Shown here: in pieces, positions 7,191 to 10,690 of the stretch | Numbering within the stretch: the first letter of the stretch is position 1 | Layout of the letters: every line of letters starts with the position of its first letter | Assembly (NCBI GenBank): GCA_049314435.1 | Contig: JBMOFD010000065.1 | Span: 1-10,690, forward strand | Direction of reading: 5' to 3' | From: Chlamydiia bacterium | GTDB lineage: Bacteria > Chlamydiota > Chlamydiia > Chlamydiales > JBMOFD01 | DNA: 10,690 nt | Program-made: the position numbers and the translations under genes | The notes under the pieces: model-generated | The model's input: the letters and a program-made list of their open reading frames with translations, nothing else | Database searches by the model: none | Told to the model about the DNA's origin: nothing

Positions 7191-7403
7191 TAAACTCACT
7201 GGTGTAAGTCCTCCACGGTCGACCTGACGCGCCGATTGGTGAACAACCTTGGAAACCTCCCTCGGGAATAGGTTCTGTACTCAAGCGACGCCCATCCGAG
7301 CACTCCATTCCTGATTGTGGGAATGCCCATAGGCGTCATGTTGGCAACCCTCGCACGCACAAGATGTGCTGTACTTCGCAGGGTGGAGTGCCCTGTCGGC
7401 TAG

Positions 7404-8048
7404 CTATGGACAAATGTACCGTCCCACTACCCATTTCTTATGTTGATCCGTCTCTGTTCTTTCGATGAAGAAAATTCCGTTCTGTACACACTCATTGATG
7501 GCCTCCGCCACGGGACGCATCGAATAGTCATCTATGACTACAATCGTTTCTGGGGTTGCGAGCTCTCTAAAGTGACGGATATCAGCAAGAGCAACTGCTT
7601 TAGAGTGGCCTCCGTCTATGAAGATCACATCTGCCTTGAGCCCGTCTGATTCATGTATGAACTTGGGAAGGGTCGTCACTGAGTTGCCCAGAACCAGAGT
7701 ATGACGGCAAGGAAAATACTGATCGATTAGACGCTTGGCTACCGCCACATACCGATGTGAACCTAAATCAAATGAAATCACTTTGGAATGAGGGTATACC
7801 GACAAGAAAAGTTCTGAAGAAAACCCAGCATTAAACCCCGTCTCCATAATGAGCAGCTCACGGTTGGAATCCAGCAGAGTCGAGAGAGTTGCCGGCTGCT
7901 TCGCACCGGCGGTATAAATATGCCCCTCCTTCCAATCTACTCCGGCCTGCTTTAGATCATCCTGAAGACGTGTTGCCAGGAGATTGTGCCCCACACCGGC
8001 AAGCAATATGAGCAGCAACGTCTTGAGCGAATTTAGTCGTTTTATCAT
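7404..8048 (-). CDS. Class I SAM-dependent methyltransferase (Methyltransf_24-like), 214 aa from ATG 8048; alternative start 8063
   Basis: Motifs METGFNAGFS, VISFD, LGNS...LP, DVIFIDGGH, AD and VVIDD. The N-terminus MIKRLNSLKTLLLILLAGVGHNLLA-TR is signal-peptide-like. Confidence 0.9.
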   Translation of the reverse strand: MIKRLNSLKTLLLILLAGVGHNLLATRLQDDLKQAGVDWKEGHIYTAGAKQPATLSTLLDSNRELLIMETGFNAGFSSELFLSVYPHSKVISFDLGSHRYVAVAKRLIDQYFPCRHTLVLGNSVTTLPKFIHESDGLKADVIFIDGGHSKAVALADIRHFRELATPETIVVIDDYSMRPVAEAINECVQNGIFFIERTETDQHKKWVVGRYICP

Positions 8049-8198
8049 GTAAAAATTACCCATTGACTGTGTGTTTCCATTTTGTCTTGATCCATTTACC
8101 ACCCGCCCGCCCGACGAGATGCCATCTTTGATGCACCTAAAGAAGAAAAGACCTCCCATGAGCGGTCTTACAGTCCCCTCAAACGGTATTGACCTCGT

Positions 8199-8253
8199 AC
8201 AGTCACTATAGAGAACAGTCACTATAGAGAAACCCCCGGACGGAGTCACTATA
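8199..8253. repeat. Tandem 16-bp direct repeat plus a third partial copy
   Basis: acagtcactatagaga at 8199-8214 and 8215-8230; agtcactata again at 8244-8253. Confidence 0.95.
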
Positions 8254-8424
8254 TCGTAAAGCGCCACAGGAAGCCGTCGAGCGGCGAGAGCTGCAGCTCG
8301 AAAGAGGTGCTGATGGGTCTGTACCGCGTACTTCTCTAGATTTAGTCCACGGCTAGATCGGCGCCACCCTCGAACGTCACAGTTTCCCTCAATGCTTAGA
8401 AGGGTTGACCCACCTGTGGAATAG

Positions 8425-8477
8425 TGTCAAGCGACATCCCGAAGTAGTCCACCGGCGACACCAAGAAGTAGTCCACC
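8425..8477. repeat. IS21 right end with two 23-bp transposase-binding repeats
   Basis: gcgacatcccgaagtagtccacc (8431-8453) and gcgacaccaagaagtagtccacc (8455-8477), 24-bp period, behind a terminal TG. This is the typical IS21 end organisation. Confidence 0.9.
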
Positions 8478-8603
8478 AGTTGTAAAAATGTCTTCAAAAA
8501 GCACGGGCACTCGACACTGCTCACTACGTACTGTAGGGGTGTGAGCACCCGTGCGACGGTTGTTTGCATGTTCTCGATCTAGCCGTGAACATATGAGCGG
8601 CCA

Positions 8604-9389
8604 CTAGCCTGGTGACTGAGGCATCTCCAGTGGCTTAAGAAGTCCTGATCGCCTTTTCTCTTTCAGTCGGTAGGATTCCCCTCGGATGGTGAGCACATGG
8701 CTATGATGCAACATGCGGTCTAGAATCGCAGTGGCGACTACAGAGTCACCAAAGATGCTTCCCCATTCGCCCACCGGGCGGTTGCTAGTTACTAGCAGGC
8801 TGCCCTTCTCGTACCGCCGAGAGACCAGCTGGAAGAAAAGATGAGCGGCCTTCGGATCAAAGGGGAGGTAACCTAGCTCATCTATGATGAGCAATTTGGG
8901 TTTGGCATATTGGATCAGCCGCTCCTCCAGGCGCCCATCTTGATGGGCTTTGCTCAGCTGAACCAACAATGGTACCGCCGACGTAAAGAGTACAGAGTAA
9001 CCTCTCCCTACGGCTGCCCGGCCCATCCCAATGGCAAGATGGGTTTTCCCAACTCCAGGTGGTCCTAAAAGCAGTACGCTATCACCATTGCCGACCCAGC
9101 GGCATAGCTCGAGCTCTCTCACCTGTTTCTCGTCGACAGACGGCTGAGCAGCAAAATCGAACTGCTCCAGAGTGCGGACTTGAGGGAACTTAGCCATTGT
9201 CATTCCCATGCGATGACGGGACTGTTCCTTCTGGGCAGCTTCCTGCTCAAGTAGAAAAAGGAGAGTCTCTCTTAACGTTAGGTCCTTGCGGGCGGCTTCA
9301 TCCAGCAGTGAATCTAGGCGGTCTCGGATGGCTGTCAGGCGCAGCCTATCAAGAAGCTGTTCCAGGCGGTTGGGATTAGAGATAGTCAT
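8604..9389 (-). CDS. istB: IS21-family helper AAA+ ATPase IstB, 261 aa
   Basis: Walker A GPPGVGKT, Walker B LLIIDELGY, and RRYE.GS...TSN, AILDR..HH and GESYR motifs. ATGA overlap with the istA stop, with a GGAGGT RBS upstream. Confidence 0.97.
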   Translation of the reverse strand: MTISNPNRLEQLLDRLRLTAIRDRLDSLLDEAARKDLTLRETLLFLLEQEAAQKEQSRHRMGMTMAKFPQVRTLEQFDFAAQPSVDEKQVRELELCRWVGNGDSVLLLGPPGVGKTHLAIGMGRAAVGRGYSVLFTSAVPLLVQLSKAHQDGRLEERLIQYAKPKLLIIDELGYLPFDPKAAHLFFQLVSRRYEKGSLLVTSNRPVGEWGSIFGDSVVATAILDRMLHHSHVLTIRGESYRLKEKRRSGLLKPLEMPQSPG

Positions 9390-10636
9390 GACCACCTCCC
9401 GCCCGCTACAGCCTCGTACTCGGCCAATGGACGCAATAGCTCGCTTGCTATCAGCATGCCAATATCATCCAAAGGTCTGAGGACTCCGTCCCCACTTGGC
9501 CCGCCTGCAATGCCCTGCAAATGATGCCAATCCTCGACTCGCTGGCGACGTCCGTGGTTCAGGGCATGCCGAGCCACCTCGCTTTCGCCGTGGAAGATCC
9601 TGACCTCGCTATCCGAGACCTGTACCAACACCTCCTGTCGAATCAACCTCCATGGTACGCTGTAGGAGTTGGTGTCCAATTCTATGCAGGCATCTCCATG
9701 TACCATCCTTCTGAGTTCCTTCCCGAACTCAAAAGGAGGGCGTCCGTCGAGCGGAGTCAACAAGCCGGTCTCGTCTCGCTGAAATCGCTCGACCGGTCGC
9801 TCTCCTGTTGTCCCGTGAACACGCTGATCAGACACCTCGCGCATCCACCAGCTCAGATGGCCTTCCAGGGCCTCTACACTATCAAAGCTATGCCCGGCAA
9901 TTGCATTCCTTTTGACGTAGTTAACTCCATTCTCATCCTTTCCCTTTGTGCGCGCACGGTAGGGTGCGCATGCCTTGGGAGTGAATCTCCAGTAGGCTGC
10001 AAAGGCGCTTAGGCGTGGGTTAAAGACCAATTCACCTGTCTGTCGATTGTGCAGAACCACCAACGCTCGTGCATTGTCCATTAACACCTCTCGAGGGATC
10101 CCTCCAAAGTGGTGGAAAGCGCCTTCTAGGCCTTCAAACCATGCACTTTGCCGCTCGTGGAGAAACACACGCACATATCCCCTTCGGCTATATCCTAGAG
10201 TGGCTACGAAGAGGAATATCTTCGTCCGTTTCTTTCCAATCATGACGTGCGTGCTTCCGAAGTCGATCTGTAGCTGCTTGCCAGGCGGTGTTTCGAATCG
10301 CACCGTTGCTATCGTCTCAGCCGCTAGGCTCTTTCTGAATGGCTCTACAGACCTTTCCACCATACGAAGGCTAGCTTTGATGCCATGAATCTGTTCTAGA
10401 TCCTGCCTGACTACGTCCGCATTGCCCCTGTTCTTCCTAAGACTACTCTCAAGCCATTCCGACAGGTGATCAAGCCTGCCCTTCCTTTCCGGAGCTGCAT
10501 ACGGTCGCCATCCGCCCTGCCTTATATACTTCCTGACTACGTCCCGGCTTACCCCCACCTCTGTAGCTATGGTCCGGCTACCCTTTCCGTCGGCGTGGAG
10601 ACGCAATATCTCATTCACGATCGCTGGTGCTTCCAT
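9386..10636 (-). CDS. istA: IS21-family transposase IstA, 416 aa from ATG 10636 (frame open to at least 10687)
   Basis: N-terminal HTH, then RFETPPGKQLQIDFG, LGYSR, FGGIP..VL.DN, PYRARTKGKDE, HGTT..RP and NSYSVP. GGGAG lies upstream of ATG 10636. Confidence 0.97.
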   Translation of the reverse strand: MEAPAIVNEILRLHADGKGSRTIATEVGVSRDVVRKYIRQGGWRPYAAPERKGRLDHLSEWLESSLRKNRGNADVVRQDLEQIHGIKASLRMVERSVEPFRKSLAAETIATVRFETPPGKQLQIDFGSTHVMIGKKRTKIFLFVATLGYSRRGYVRVFLHERQSAWFEGLEGAFHHFGGIPREVLMDNARALVVLHNRQTGELVFNPRLSAFAAYWRFTPKACAPYRARTKGKDENGVNYVKRNAIAGHSFDSVEALEGHLSWWMREVSDQRVHGTTGERPVERFQRDETGLLTPLDGRPPFEFGKELRRMVHGDACIELDTNSYSVPWRLIRQEVLVQVSDSEVRIFHGESEVARHALNHGRRQRVEDWHHLQGIAGGPSGDGVLRPLDDIGMLIASELLRPLAEYEAVAGGRWS

Positions 10637-10690
10637 GATTCTCCCACTGCTTAGCGCTTGTGCAGTGGGATTTCTACTATGCTTCACTTT

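Larger units (their letters stand above)
8425..10690 (-). mobile_element. IS21-family insertion sequence (right end at 8425; left end beyond the window)
   Basis: istA-istB pair, with a terminus starting TGTCAAGCGACA at 8425 and tandem terminal repeats. Confidence 0.95.

Noticed and set aside
8199..8253. T7-like phage promoters or vector contamination (TCACTATAG core)
   Set aside because: Only the TCACTATAG core matches. The upstream TAATACGAC and downstream GGG are missing, and no phage RNA polymerase or vector sequence is nearby.
8064..8424. Long N-terminal extension of the third methyltransferase (track start 8267; frame stays open almost to the IS21 end)
   Set aside because: It has no recognisable domain and crosses the tandem repeat. 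A signal-peptide-like N-terminus begins at 8048/8063.
8199..8477. CRISPR array
   Set aside because: The repeats are adjacent or 1 bp apart with no unique spacers. The 23-bp pair is explained by the IS21 end, and no cas genes are present.
542..10654. Remaining short ORFs in the track (e.g. 542-787, 983-1339, 1721-2047, 2424-2660, 3643-4014, 3920-4309, 5058-5450, 6031-6477, 7114-7308, 9521-10012, 10047-10388)
   Set aside because: They are antisense or alternate-frame shadows of well-supported genes, or structured intergenic DNA, with no recognisable motifs.

Overview
The left end (1-2068) looks like core genome of a GC-rich, probably chlamydial bacterium. It holds the 3' end of the type III secretion export-gate operon sctR-sctS-sctT (+), converging on a BamE/SmpA-like lipoprotein gene and a hypothetical gene (-). 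From about 2100 onward is an accessory region. It carries three unrelated class I SAM-dependent methyltransferases and a GT25 glycosyltransferase, three of the four with clear N-terminal signal-peptide-like segments. It also contains a 5'-truncated IS66-family element, a possible IS3-like end at the truncation point, and an intact-looking IS21 element (istA-istB, with one end in the window). A 133-bp, ~92% identical copy of the 5' part of the hypothetical gene (1918-2050 vs 4769-4901) brackets a 2.7-kb segment, and most differences between the copies are synonymous. The intergenic regions are rich in inverted repeats. The most interesting hypotheses are an exported glycosylation/O-methylation toolkit beside the T3SS locus and an integration event that replaced a gene's 5' end. 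All family assignments come from motif recognition by eye; no database searches were run.
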